Positions 1 to 8,129 of a DNA stretch of 64,000 nucleotides are shown piece after piece (within the stretch, counting starts at the first letter, position 1; each line of letters starts with the position of its first letter). Position numbers and translations under genes: made by a program. The notes beneath the pieces are model-generated. The model saw only the letters and a list, made by a program, of their open reading frames with translations. It had not been told where the DNA came from and searched no databases. The DNA is from Clostridia bacterium (GTDB taxonomy: Bacteria > Bacillota > Clostridia > Oscillospirales > CAG-272): NCBI GenBank assembly GCA_017520505.1, contig JAFXFN010000024.1, positions 209 through 64,208 on the forward strand. Reading direction: 5' to 3'.

Positions 1-59
1 GTGGCGCAACATCATATTTGCGAAGCAAATGCATCATATCGCCGCAGGCGATGCATCAT
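1..59. repeat. Word-hairpin array A, cut by the window edge. Word (A/G)CATCAT at 9, 31 and 53, separated by 15-nt hairpins
   Basis: The word recurs with a 22-nt period. The spacers are ATTTGC-GAA-GCAAAT (16-30) and ATCGCC-GCA-GGCGAT (38-52). Confidence 0.7.
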
Positions 60-63
60 TTAA

Positions 64-130
64 TTCCCCCTCGTGTATTGAAAAACACCGAAAACTGTGC
101 TATAATAAAATCAAAAAGGTGGTGAAATGC
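64..130 (+). promoter_or_regulatory. Conserved promoter/5'UTR module, copy A (-35 TTGAAA 78-83, 17-nt spacer, -10 TATAAT 101-106, GGTGGTG RBS)
   Basis: Near-identical to 1060-1126 and 4619-4684. It has a consensus sigma-A hexamer pair and ends at the ATG of the downstream ORF. Confidence 0.75.
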
Positions 131-796
131 ATGAGCCTAATAACAAAAGAAGAAGTATTTGCGATTATGGGCAAATATTATGGTAACGCCTATTGGAGAG
201 AAGCTGTCAGCAACGGATATTCTCAAGAGCAGTTGCTTTTTGTATCTGAAATTCTTGACGAAATTAATGCCTTGGGATATAATTTTAGTAACTTGCATCG
301 CCTGACAGACCACGAGGATATTCGCTTTATTCCCATCGTTCTTAAATATATCCATCAAAGAAAGTGGTGGGTTGGTTCGTTGCTGTCTGCATTTCATTGT
401 CGTACTTATTACGAATATACTCCTGAATTGATTGAATTATATAAAAGAGACGAATTTGATAAGTACAAATGGGATATCGGAAATGCACTTTTATTGTGTA
501 GACACAAAAAGTTTATTCCGCAATATCTTGAAGTAGTCAATGATCGATCGTACGGTAAGGAGCCCGACTTGATAATGGGAATTTTATGCCATTTTAAGGT
601 GAAGCAAGCCCTTCCTCGGTTATTAGAACTTTATGAGCGCTATCCCGATATTTGGCGATGGGATTTACTGAAATATGGTTGGTACTTTAAAGACAAGAAT
701 ATCATTCCATATATTGAACCCTATTTAACTTGTGATAATGGTGAGTATCGCAGTATGGCAAAAAAAGCTATGGGAAAGTTTTCTGATTCTCAATAA
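131..796 (+). CDS. Hypothetical soluble protein (222 aa), cassette gene 1
   Basis: ORF 29..796 trimmed to the ATG at 131, which lies 7 nt after the module RBS. AT-rich. I recognise no family. Confidence 0.55.
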   Translation: MSLITKEEVFAIMGKYYGNAYWREAVSNGYSQEQLLFVSEILDEINALGYNFSNLHRLTDHEDIRFIPIVLKYIHQRKWWVGSLLSAFHCRTYYEYTPELIELYKRDEFDKYKWDIGNALLLCRHKKFIPQYLEVVNDRSYGKEPDLIMGILCHFKVKQALPRLLELYERYPDIWRWDLLKYGWYFKDKNIIPYIEPYLTCDNGEYRSMAKKAMGKFSDSQ

Positions 797-856
797 ATTT
801 CACTGTTTACCAGTCAAAACATGATGGCATCCTTTTTGTCAATACGTCTCAAAAAG

Positions 857-888
857 AAAAGCACTTCGTAAGAAGTGCTTTTGTTTTT
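857..888 (+). terminator. Rho-independent terminator after cassette gene 1
   Basis: AAAAGCACTTC-GTAA-GAAGTGCTTTT stem-loop followed by a GTTTTT run. Confidence 0.7.
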
Positions 889-1053
889 GGAAATGAAGCG
901 CACCTGCGGTGCATGAAAAATGAAGCATGGCTTCGCCCTATGGAGCGTGGCTTCGCCACACGGAAAGGTAACCTCGCGCTTCGCTTCATGCGAGCATAGC
1001 GAGTGCTTCACGGCGCGTGCGCCGCTTCATATCGGCGTACGCCGATGCTTCAT
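889..1053. repeat. Word-hairpin array B (left arm ATGAAGC at 893 and 920; right arm GCTTCA[TC] at 983, 1005, 1024 and 1047)
   Basis: The two arms carry reverse-complementary 7-nt words. Spacers include GGCGC-GT-GCGCC (1012-1023) and ATCGGCG-TA-CGCCGAT (1031-1046). Confidence 0.7.
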
Positions 1054-1059
1054 TCAAAA

Positions 1060-1126
1060 TTCCCCCCTCGTGTATTGAAAAACACCGAAAACTGTGCTAT
1101 AATAAGATCAGAAAGGCGGGTGGAAT
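1060..1126 (+). promoter_or_regulatory. Conserved promoter/5'UTR module, copy B (-35 1075-1080, -10 1098-1103)
   Basis: Same block as 64-130. TTGAAA-N17-TATAAT, ending at the ATG at 1127. Confidence 0.75.
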
Positions 1127-1573
1127 ATGAAAAAAATAATACTTTTCGTTTTACTTTTAGCATTATTTATGCTTTCCTCCTGTGCCAAAATCGAAGAACC
1201 AAAGGCGCAAGAAGTCGCAAATCAGCTTTTTGAATACATCGAAAAAGGTGACTACTCCTCCGCATCTGCGTTGTTTTGTGCGAAAGAGGATGGCGGAAAA
1301 TCATTCTCTGAATTTTTGGATGAAATCGAAATTGAAACGGGACTTGATTTTCAATCCAATATTGAAATTTTAGAATATTCAGAATATCACTCCGCGCCGA
1401 ATAGCTATTTTGGAGTAGTTTGCGCTGACTTTAATGTAAAAGCAATTGTTGACGGAGAAGAAATAACGATGTATGTTGGCGTTCTTGAAAACGAAGATGC
1501 AATTGAATGTTGCCAACTTGTTATATATGCCGAAAATAATGATTATCAATTCCTTTGTGATTACATAGATTGA
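1127..1573 (+). CDS. Small lipoprotein (148 aa), cassette gene 2
   Basis: Signal peptide with a lipobox (LFMLSSC). Sits directly behind module copy B. Confidence 0.7.
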   Translation: MKKIILFVLLLALFMLSSCAKIEEPKAQEVANQLFEYIEKGDYSSASALFCAKEDGGKSFSEFLDEIEIETGLDFQSNIEILEYSEYHSAPNSYFGVVCADFNVKAIVDGEEITMYVGVLENEDAIECCQLVIYAENNDYQFLCDYID

Positions 1574-1706
1574 CGGCAAATTTTTTGTAAATGCGGCGTA
1601 AAATAAAAATCCGTTCTCATTGAGCAAGGCTGATAATGACAGTTATCTGTAAAAGAACCGGAATTTGCCGTACAAATTCCCTGCTTGTTATATATAAGAC
1701 AAAAAC

Positions 1707-1826
1707 TGCCGAAGGCAATAGCGCCTGTCGTAAGACAAATATCACTGATCAGCAGTATCTGCTGAATGCAATAGAACTCGCCGCAGGCGAATAAAACCGG
1801 CCAAGTGTACTTTAGAACACTTGGCC
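1707..1826. repeat. Degenerate hairpin array E, ending in CGCC-GCA-GGCG + AATAAAAC + a long hairpin (1799-1826)
   Basis: Hairpins TGCC-GAA-GGCA (1707-1717), TGTC-GTAA-GACA (1726-1737) and TCAGCAG-TAT-CTGCTGA (1749-1765). Word ATATCACT at 1739. The terminus is the same as array D at 30.6 kb. Confidence 0.55.
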
Positions 1827-2011
1827 GAGAGGGCGGATTTTCAAATGAATAATTAATCGCTTTTCGCTGAGGTGGAAAGCTTTTTTGCTGTAGGACGGTG
1901 TCTTGATGCCGCCGCTTTTATTGAATTCAGGATTCTTTTCTATTATAGTCTTTCTATTATAATACTTTTTTGATTTTGTAAATAGTTTTTATCAGTTTTA
2001 ACAAAATTGAC

Positions 2012-2737
2012 TTATTTCTGTGAAGCACGCTTTTCAAGCTCTAAAATTGCGCTCTCATACGCACGTTTTTGAAGCTCTAATGCAATTTCGTTTTTGGGCT
2101 TATCTCCGCTGATCTCAAAAAGCTTTGCCGCCACGTACTCAAGCACGTGTGGATTTCTGACTAAGATCGGACCTATAAGCGTGGTGGCGATAAAGTTTTT
2201 ATAAACAAATCCCTCGTTTTTGGAGTCTTTACCGTGTCCCGCACCGAAAACTACCTTAAAAAGAGGATTTTCGGTATCGTAAAACTCGGAGCATCTATTG
2301 ACAAAGCCAAGCGTCTTTTTCTCAAAAAGCTCGCTTTCAAAGAGACAATCTGACAAAATTCTGCGTTTTTTGTCTCGGTGTGCAGAATATCCTAAAATTC
2401 CAATCGCCTGCGTTTTATCACACTCGGTTTCAATGAATTTTCCGAAAAGCTCGACAGCTGAGCCCGTCGCAAGCAGCATTTTGCCATCCTCAACGAAAGC
2501 TTTGAGCTCGTCTTTTTTGGGCATAAGCAGATCGAGCGCACGGTCGAGCGAGTTTTCCGTACCGCTACCGAGATATATCATGTGATATTTTGAGAGGTCA
2601 GCGGAAAAAATATCGTCGGTTTTGTCGATTTGTATCTTAACTCCGCATTGTTTTACGTATTTTTCAACGGCGGATACGTTACCGTGGTCGCCGTAAAGGT
2701 TTAAAAGGTCCGGGTATAAAAACAAGACGTTTATCAT
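2012..2737 (-). CDS. gatD: Lipid II isoglutaminyl synthase, glutamine amidotransferase subunit GatD (CobB/CobQ-like GATase)
   Basis: 241 aa. The N-terminus MINVLFLYPDLLNLYGDHGN is typical of GatD. Lies downstream of murT. Confidence 0.85.
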   Translation of the reverse strand: MINVLFLYPDLLNLYGDHGNVSAVEKYVKQCGVKIQIDKTDDIFSADLSKYHMIYLGSGTENSLDRALDLLMPKKDELKAFVEDGKMLLATGSAVELFGKFIETECDKTQAIGILGYSAHRDKKRRILSDCLFESELFEKKTLGFVNRCSEFYDTENPLFKVVFGAGHGKDSKNEGFVYKNFIATTLIGPILVRNPHVLEYVAAKLFEISGDKPKNEIALELQKRAYESAILELEKRASQK

Positions 2738-2895
2738 GTTGTTGCCTTTCTGTTATTGGGGTAATTATCTTCACGGGAGGATTTTCTTCCCTGTAAGGTT
2801 GAGTGAGCCAAATATGGTTTATATCATAGGGACAAGCTTTCCCCGACGGTACGTAATTGCTTACACGTTCTGATTTGCGTTAATCGTTCAAATCA

Positions 2896-4233
2896 TCACT
2901 TCTTAGGCAAAATACACATCACCTTATCACGATCCGAAAAGCAGGTGATGAGGAAAAGCTCGGTATTTTCGTTTGTCGGGGCGCTAACGAAAATTTCAGT
3001 TGCCTTTTTGATATCGGGCTCGACGCTGATTTTTTTCTTGGGGATTTCCGTATAATCGAATCTGACGGCAAGATCGTGCGCATATTTACCCGAAAGGACG
3101 ATCTTTTCGCATCCCGATGCAAGTAAGTCGAAATTAATATCAAAAAGCCAGCTTGTTTCGCAGGTGTAGTACTTTCTGCTGATGGAATCGACCACGAACA
3201 TTACGACAAATGGATTCTTACATCTTACGGCGTAATCAATAGACTGATTATAGGAAATGGAGTTTTCGTGCTTTGAGGTCAGGAGCGTGAAATTGCATCC
3301 ATTCACCTTACGAGTTTTGACACGTCCGTTTTTCATGACGTAACCGCCGAGAAGTTCAGCTGTTTTTGATCTGTCGTAGCCAAGATGTGTGAGCAAGGTA
3401 TATGCGGCGAGCAGATTATAGACGTTATATGTGCTGCCAAAGGCAAGGTCGATCTTATACTCACCGTCGAAAACGATATTGAGCTTATCAAGATTGACAG
3501 AGGTTACCCTGCAAAGCGCATCCTCTGTGCGAAGAGCGCAGTTTTTGCACTCGAATTTGCCGATATGAGCCATATTATAGTATTCATACTCAAGCGGATG
3601 CTTACAAATGGGACAATAAGCGCCGTCGTTATACTTGCCGATCGGCTTTTTAGTGGAGTACTTATTTTCGTCCATAGAGAAATAAACCACGTTTTCAGGT
3701 GCCACGACTTTTGAAAATCTGCTGACGAGCGGGTCGTTTGCGTTGAGAATGAGGGATGTTTTGGTGTCGATGGAGTCAAGAAGTATGTTATAGATCCACT
3801 CACTATGCGCATTTCGGGTCATCTGGTCACGGTAGAGGTTGGTGATGACGTAGTGCGTGGGGGTGAAATGGCGCATCGTGAGGCGTGCATAACGCTCGTC
3901 GCTCTCAAGAAGCACGGCATCTGCCTTGACGACGCCCTTTAAGGTACAGTTACAGAGCAAAAATGTCGCAACGCCCTCCGTTTGATTGGATCCTTCCTTG
4001 TTATATATGACGTTTACGCCATGTCCTCTGAGTGCGTGCGCAATCATTTCAACGGTTGAGGTCTTTCCGTTGCTGCCCGATACCGCAATGATGGTTTTGG
4101 GCATTTTGAGCTTTGAGAGGATATTTGGAAAGAGCTTGAGAGCTATCTTTCCTGGCATACTTGAGCCCTTGCCGACAAGCTTGCCGACACGATAAAGACA
4201 TTTGCAGAGTATTACTGCGATCATTGTTTTCAT
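2896..4233 (-). CDS. murT: Lipid II isoglutaminyl synthase, Mur-ligase-type subunit MurT
   Basis: Mur ligase P-loop GSNGKTST and a Cys4 ribbon (CPICKH...CKNC). 445 aa. Paired with gatD. Confidence 0.85.
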   Translation of the reverse strand: MKTMIAVILCKCLYRVGKLVGKGSSMPGKIALKLFPNILSKLKMPKTIIAVSGSNGKTSTVEMIAHALRGHGVNVIYNKEGSNQTEGVATFLLCNCTLKGVVKADAVLLESDERYARLTMRHFTPTHYVITNLYRDQMTRNAHSEWIYNILLDSIDTKTSLILNANDPLVSRFSKVVAPENVVYFSMDENKYSTKKPIGKYNDGAYCPICKHPLEYEYYNMAHIGKFECKNCALRTEDALCRVTSVNLDKLNIVFDGEYKIDLAFGSTYNVYNLLAAYTLLTHLGYDRSKTAELLGGYVMKNGRVKTRKVNGCNFTLLTSKHENSISYNQSIDYAVRCKNPFVVMFVVDSISRKYYTCETSWLFDINFDLLASGCEKIVLSGKYAHDLAVRFDYTEIPKKKISVEPDIKKATEIFVSAPTNENTELFLITCFSDRDKVMCILPKK

Positions 4234-4403
4234 GATGTGTTCCTTGTTTTTTTATGTTATTTTGAGTTTGTTTTTGGCGTGTTTAAGGAGGAAATCAGCC
4301 CACGTCAAGTCTGGCAAGACGTTTTATTTTACGAACCGCCCTTCGCAATTTTACATACACAATTATTTTACTACTTCTTTTCTTTTTTGTCAACACACTT
4401 TTG

Positions 4404-4440
4404 AAAAAATAGAGCAAGTCAAAGACTTGCTCTATTTTTT
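4404..4440. terminator. Bidirectional terminator/insulator hairpin
   Basis: AAAAAATAGAGCAAGTC-AAA-GACTTGCTCTATTTTTT, a perfect 17-bp stem flanked by A and T runs. Confidence 0.7.
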
Positions 4441-4443
4441 CAA

Positions 4444-4611
4444 CTAAATCCGCCTTCGCCGGAATAAATCCACTATCGTGGATGAAATCGCTACGCGATG
4501 AAATCTTGCTTCGCAAGGTTAAGGGAGGCGGATTTAATTTCATCTGAAGCCGCAGGCTGAAGATTTCATCCGAACGGAGTGAGGATTTCATCGCGCCTTG
4601 CGCGATTTCAT
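4444..4611. repeat. Word-hairpin array C (left arm ATGAAAT at 4482 and 4498; right arm ATTTCAT at 4537, 4563, 4585 and 4605)
   Basis: The arms carry reverse-complementary words. Spacers include CTTGC-TTC-GCAAG (4505-4517) and CGCGC-CTT-GCGCG (4592-4604). Confidence 0.7.
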
Positions 4612-4618
4612 TAAAACC

Positions 4619-4684
4619 TTCCCCCTCGTGTATTGAAAAACACCGAAAACTGTGCTATAATAGAATCAGAAAGGTGGTGGAAAT
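4619..4684 (+). promoter_or_regulatory. Conserved promoter/5'UTR module, copy C (-35 4633-4638, -10 4656-4661)
   Basis: Same block as 64-130 and 1060-1126, ending at the ATG at 4685. Confidence 0.75.
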
Positions 4685-5206
4685 ATGAATAATATTCTCT
4701 ATGAATTACATTTTAATTGGTCGAGTTGCCTGATATTATTTATTCCTTTGCTTGTCGGTCTGGGATTTTTCTTCTGCTTTAAATGGTATCCTGCTCAAAA
4801 CCCGGGAGTGAACATAAAGGGAGCTCACGGATACGTAGGATATATTTTCTTTAAATGGCTAGGTTGGATTGTGGGCGTCTTTTGTTTCCTCCTTTTTGTG
4901 TCCATATTAGTTGCTCATATTGGTGATTATTCGGAAAAGAAAAACGCGATAAATAATGATCAAGTATTGGTGGTAGAGGGCTATGTGGAAAAGTATCATG
5001 CTATGCCGTTTGAAGGACACGACACCGAATACTTTGAAATCAATGGCGTGTATTTTGAATATTCAAATTTTGAATTGTACAACGGCTATAATCGTCCTGC
5101 TTGTTATGGTGGTGTTGTTACTGAAAACGGGCAATACTTAAAAATAAAGTATGTTACTGATATTACAGGTAAGAATATAATTTTATATATTGAGCGAATT
5201 GAATAA
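4685..5206 (+). CDS. Membrane protein (173 aa), cassette gene 3
   Basis: Two N-terminal hydrophobic helices followed by a soluble C-terminal domain. Sits directly behind module copy C. Confidence 0.65.
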   Translation: MNNILYELHFNWSSCLILFIPLLVGLGFFFCFKWYPAQNPGVNIKGAHGYVGYIFFKWLGWIVGVFCFLLFVSILVAHIGDYSEKKNAINNDQVLVVEGYVEKYHAMPFEGHDTEYFEINGVYFEYSNFELYNGYNRPACYGGVVTENGQYLKIKYVTDITGKNIILYIERIE

Positions 5207-5220
5207 GGCATCTTTTTTTC

Positions 5221-5300
5221 AACGAAATTCGCCTACGGTGAGTGAAATTTGGCTTCGCCATATGAAATAGCTTCGCTGTGAAATGTTCGCTTTGCGAACG
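5221..5300. repeat. Half word-hairpin array F (word TGAAAT x4 with short hairpin spacers)
   Basis: GAAAT/TGAAAT at ~5224, 5243, 5262 and 5279. Spacers include GGC-TTC-GCC and GTTCGC-TTT-GCGAAC. Confidence 0.55.
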
Positions 5301-5301
5301 T

Positions 5302-5327
5302 GGGCAAATATTATGGTAATGCCTATT
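5302..5327 (+). pseudogene. Remnant of a cassette-gene-1 paralogue (26 nt, 25/26 identical to 169-194)
   Basis: GGGCAAATATTATGGTAA[T/C]GCCTATT matches codons ~13-22 of the ORF at 131..796. Weaker similarity continues for ~10 nt on each side. Confidence 0.6.
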
Positions 5328-5391
5328 AAGAAAAAGCGCTTTGTAAGAGGTGTCTGTGATAGAGCAAAATTTATAGAAATTAAAAAATAAA

Positions 5392-5462
5392 GCGGGAGGT
5401 GATAGCCTCCCCTACAACGATATTCAATTTTTACAATGTAGGGGAGGATATTATCCTCCCGC
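5392..5462. repeat. Convergent pair of REP-like hairpins (hairpin-CCCCTACA ... TGTAGGGG-hairpin)
   Basis: GGGAGG-TGATAG-CCTCCC+CTACA at 5394-5416 and TGTAG+GGGAGGATATTATCCTCCC at 5437-5460. Confidence 0.7.
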
Positions 5463-5515
5463 AACTCGATAGCTTGCCTTTTGATAAACATTTTTCTTTA
5501 TTTGCTAAAAAAATA

Positions 5516-5544
5516 TTGACAAACGATAAAATACGTGGTATGAT
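5516..5544 (+). promoter_or_regulatory. Sigma-A promoter (TTGACA-N17-TGgTATGAT)
   Basis: -35 at 5516-5521, -10 at 5539-5544, with an extended -10 TG. Confidence 0.6.
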
Positions 5545-5567
5545 AGAGCTTGAAAGGCGGTGGGGAT

Positions 5568-6032
5568 ATGAAAAAGAAGAAAATCATAATAACCTCAATT
5601 TTTTTGGTGCTGATCGCTGTTACCTCGTTTGTTTTTCTGACAAGTGCGATAGAATCCTACAATTACGATATGGACCCTGCAAACGGTGTGGATATTTTGG
5701 AGGGTGTCGGAGCAGGCATACTTATAATGATCGGTAGCTTTGTCGTTTTCTATGAATTAGATTTGTTTTATACCGTTTACTACTTTTTTATAAGGCCGAA
5801 AACCGTTTTAAAATCGATAATTGTTGTTCTTTCTCATCTTATGCTGATTCTTATGTTTTTCAGTGAAAAAATAGAAGATTTTGTTAAAATCCATTTTCAT
5901 AAAATCGTTGAGGGGCCTTATGAAGACGCTGTGATTCTCATCGGGATGTTCTCTATATACTTCATTTTGAAAATAGCTATTTTTATAATCGGTTTGCGTG
6001 AGAAAATAAGAAAGGATATTTCAGATCTATAA
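5568..6032 (+). CDS. Membrane protein (154 aa)
   Basis: ORF trimmed to the ATG at 5568 behind a GGCGGTGGGG RBS. About 4 hydrophobic helices. Confidence 0.65.
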   Translation: MKKKKIIITSIFLVLIAVTSFVFLTSAIESYNYDMDPANGVDILEGVGAGILIMIGSFVVFYELDLFYTVYYFFIRPKTVLKSIIVVLSHLMLILMFFSEKIEDFVKIHFHKIVEGPYEDAVILIGMFSIYFILKIAIFIIGLREKIRKDISDL

Positions 6033-6156
6033 ATATAAATCATCATCTGATGTGGTTATGAAGATAAAATGACGCAAAACGAAGCGGCGGAAACAAGCAC
6101 CGCCCTGCGGTTGACAGGTGATTTTGTTTGTGATATACTGAAAGTGATATTAGAAA

Positions 6157-6495
6157 ATGAAGAAAAATATGAAAAGAAATGTCATTGTGATTTTGTTCAC
6201 TGCTGTCTATGCGGTGATTTTAGGCTTGGGACTTTGTTGTTTTTTAGATGTGATGTTAGCTAAGATGTTCGGAGGGATCAATAGGTATCCGAGATTTATT
6301 CCGTTTGGTATCATTGTGGGATATGCGGCGTTGGGTGCTTTGATAGCTGTTTTTGTTGCAAATCTGAAATTGTCAAAGAAAATCAATTTCACCAAATGGA
6401 CTTGGGTGATACAAACGGTATGTGCTGTGATATTATCCGTTCCGATGTTTCGGTTGTGGTTGTTGTTATTTAATTTTTTGCACAAAACGTTTTGA
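6157..6495 (+). CDS. Small membrane protein (112 aa)
   Basis: 3-4 TM helices. The start is uncertain (ATG at 6157 or 6169). Confidence 0.5.
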   Translation: MKKNMKRNVIVILFTAVYAVILGLGLCCFLDVMLAKMFGGINRYPRFIPFGIIVGYAALGALIAVFVANLKLSKKINFTKWTWVIQTVCAVILSVPMFRLWLLLFNFLHKTF

Positions 6496-6551
6496 TGTGA
6501 TCGTTTAACGGCGTGCACGTGTGCGGTAAAAAAGGCGGTGAGGTGTTTGAA

Positions 6552-7802
6552 ATGAGCAAATTGGATTGGTTTAAAGAGGCGAAATACGGATTGTTTATCC
6601 ACTTTGGCATTTATGCCTTGCCCGGCGGTGAATGGCACGGTGTGCCTTCCCCGCACGGCAGTGAATGGATAATGAAGAATATGAAAATACCGTATTCTGA
6701 ATACAAGGAGCTTGCAAAAAAGTTCGATCCCAAAAGCTTCGACCCGTATTACTACGTCAGAAACGCCAAAAAGTGGGGAATGAAATACCTGACCTTTACC
6801 GCAAAGCATCACGACGGCTTTGCAATGTACGACACCAAGGTTTCCGATTATAACGTAATGAATACCCCTTACGGCAAGGACATCGTAAAACAGCTTGCCG
6901 ATGCGTGCGCTGAGGAGGGGCTGACGTTTTGCATCTACTATTCCCAGATGCAGGACTGGGAGCATCCCGACGGCGAGGGGAACAACTGGGATTTTGACCC
7001 CGAAAAGAAAGATTTCAAGCGTTATTTTTACGATAAGTGCATTCCGCAGGTCAAGGAGCTTCTTACAAACTACGGCAAGGTTGGTATGATGTGGTTTGAC
7101 ACCCCCTACGATATGCCCGAAGAGCTTTGCCGTGAGCTTGCCGAGGTCGTGCGTGCGTGCCAGCCCGACTGTCTTATCAACAGCCGAATCGGCTACGGCT
7201 ACGGTGATTTCCGTGAGGTTGCGGACAATACCATTCCCGTGCTTTCACGACGTGATGTGTGGGAGTCGCCAATGACGATGAACAGCTCGTGGGGGTATAT
7301 CAAGCGTGATAAAACCTCGAAGTCGTCCGCCGACGTTCTTCAGAATCTCGTGCGTATTGTCGGCAAGGGCGGAAATCTTCTCTTGAATCTCGGCCCCGAT
7401 GAAAACGGTCTTCCCCCGAAGGTCTGCACAGATGCGCTCGACAGTGCGGGAAAGTGGCTGGAGAAATACGGCGACAGCATTTTCGGCACAACGAATATCC
7501 CGAATTTTCCTTACCTTTTGCCGTGGGGCGATCTTACGTACAGTGCGATCCGCAAAACTCTTTATTTCCACGTGAAGAATTACCCTGCCTTTCCGCACCG
7601 TGTGCTTTTGACGGGACTTCAAACGAAGGTGCGGAGTGTTACGCTTATGTATGACGGCTCAAAGCTTAAATATTCACAGTCCTATGAGCCCGGACGTGAC
7701 GAGCACAGACTTTACGTTTTTTTGCCCGAGGTCTGCCCCGACCCCGATGACACCGTTGTTGCCGTTGAGCTTGAGGGCGAGGCGACAGCGCAGACTATAT
7801 AA
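6552..7802 (+). CDS. Alpha-L-fucosidase (GH29)
   Basis: KYGLFIHFGIYALPG and KHHDGFAMYDT motifs. About 416 aa. Start taken at the ATG at 6552. Confidence 0.8.
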   Translation: MSKLDWFKEAKYGLFIHFGIYALPGGEWHGVPSPHGSEWIMKNMKIPYSEYKELAKKFDPKSFDPYYYVRNAKKWGMKYLTFTAKHHDGFAMYDTKVSDYNVMNTPYGKDIVKQLADACAEEGLTFCIYYSQMQDWEHPDGEGNNWDFDPEKKDFKRYFYDKCIPQVKELLTNYGKVGMMWFDTPYDMPEELCRELAEVVRACQPDCLINSRIGYGYGDFREVADNTIPVLSRRDVWESPMTMNSSWGYIKRDKTSKSSADVLQNLVRIVGKGGNLLLNLGPDENGLPPKVCTDALDSAGKWLEKYGDSIFGTTNIPNFPYLLPWGDLTYSAIRKTLYFHVKNYPAFPHRVLLTGLQTKVRSVTLMYDGSKLKYSQSYEPGRDEHRLYVFLPEVCPDPDDTVVAVELEGEATAQTI

Positions 7803-7829
7803 TGAGTGTAAATAAATCGAGGGACAGAA

Positions 7830-8129
7830 ATGGGAATTTCCAAAAAAACTAAAGCGGTATTATTCGGCTTGGTGTACGGATCTAATCTTTTGTCGGCGTT
7901 CTTTCTTTGGCTGTGCGGTGTATACGGTAATATTATGCTCGGTATACTGCTTATTGTATTTTACCGCTTGAGCTTATGGTCTGCGCCTTTTTTGGTAAGC
8001 GTTATTTGCCAGCTTCCGTCGGTGCCTCGGATTCCGTTTAATAAAAAACTTTTATATAATTTGTTTCATTTGATTTTGTGCGGTATGCTTTTTTTGCTGT
8101 GCTATCTTTTGTTTGGAAATTGGTATTGA
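7830..8129 (+). CDS. Small membrane protein (99 aa)
   Basis: Three hydrophobic helices, a GAGGGA RBS, and a terminator at 8146-8170. Confidence 0.55.
   Translation: MGISKKTKAVLFGLVYGSNLLSAFFLWLCGVYGNIMLGILLIVFYRLSLWSAPFLVSVICQLPSVPRIPFNKKLLYNLFHLILCGMLFLLCYLLFGNWY

Noticed and set aside
2738-2895. 158-nt gap between murT and gatD as a possible regulatory RNA
   Set aside because: Only weak, imperfect hairpins are visible and no recognisable motif. There is not enough evidence to call a feature.
1-5300. Could the word-hairpin arrays be CRISPR arrays?
   Set aside because: The repeat unit is only 7 nt, the 'spacers' are 12-19 nt self-complementary hairpins, and the arrays are palindromic overall. 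No cas genes are present. They are not CRISPR.
6207-6965. 252-aa ORF on the minus strand
   Set aside because: It lies antisense to the small membrane gene and the well-supported GH29 fucosidase gene. It has no RBS or family features, so it is probably a shadow ORF.
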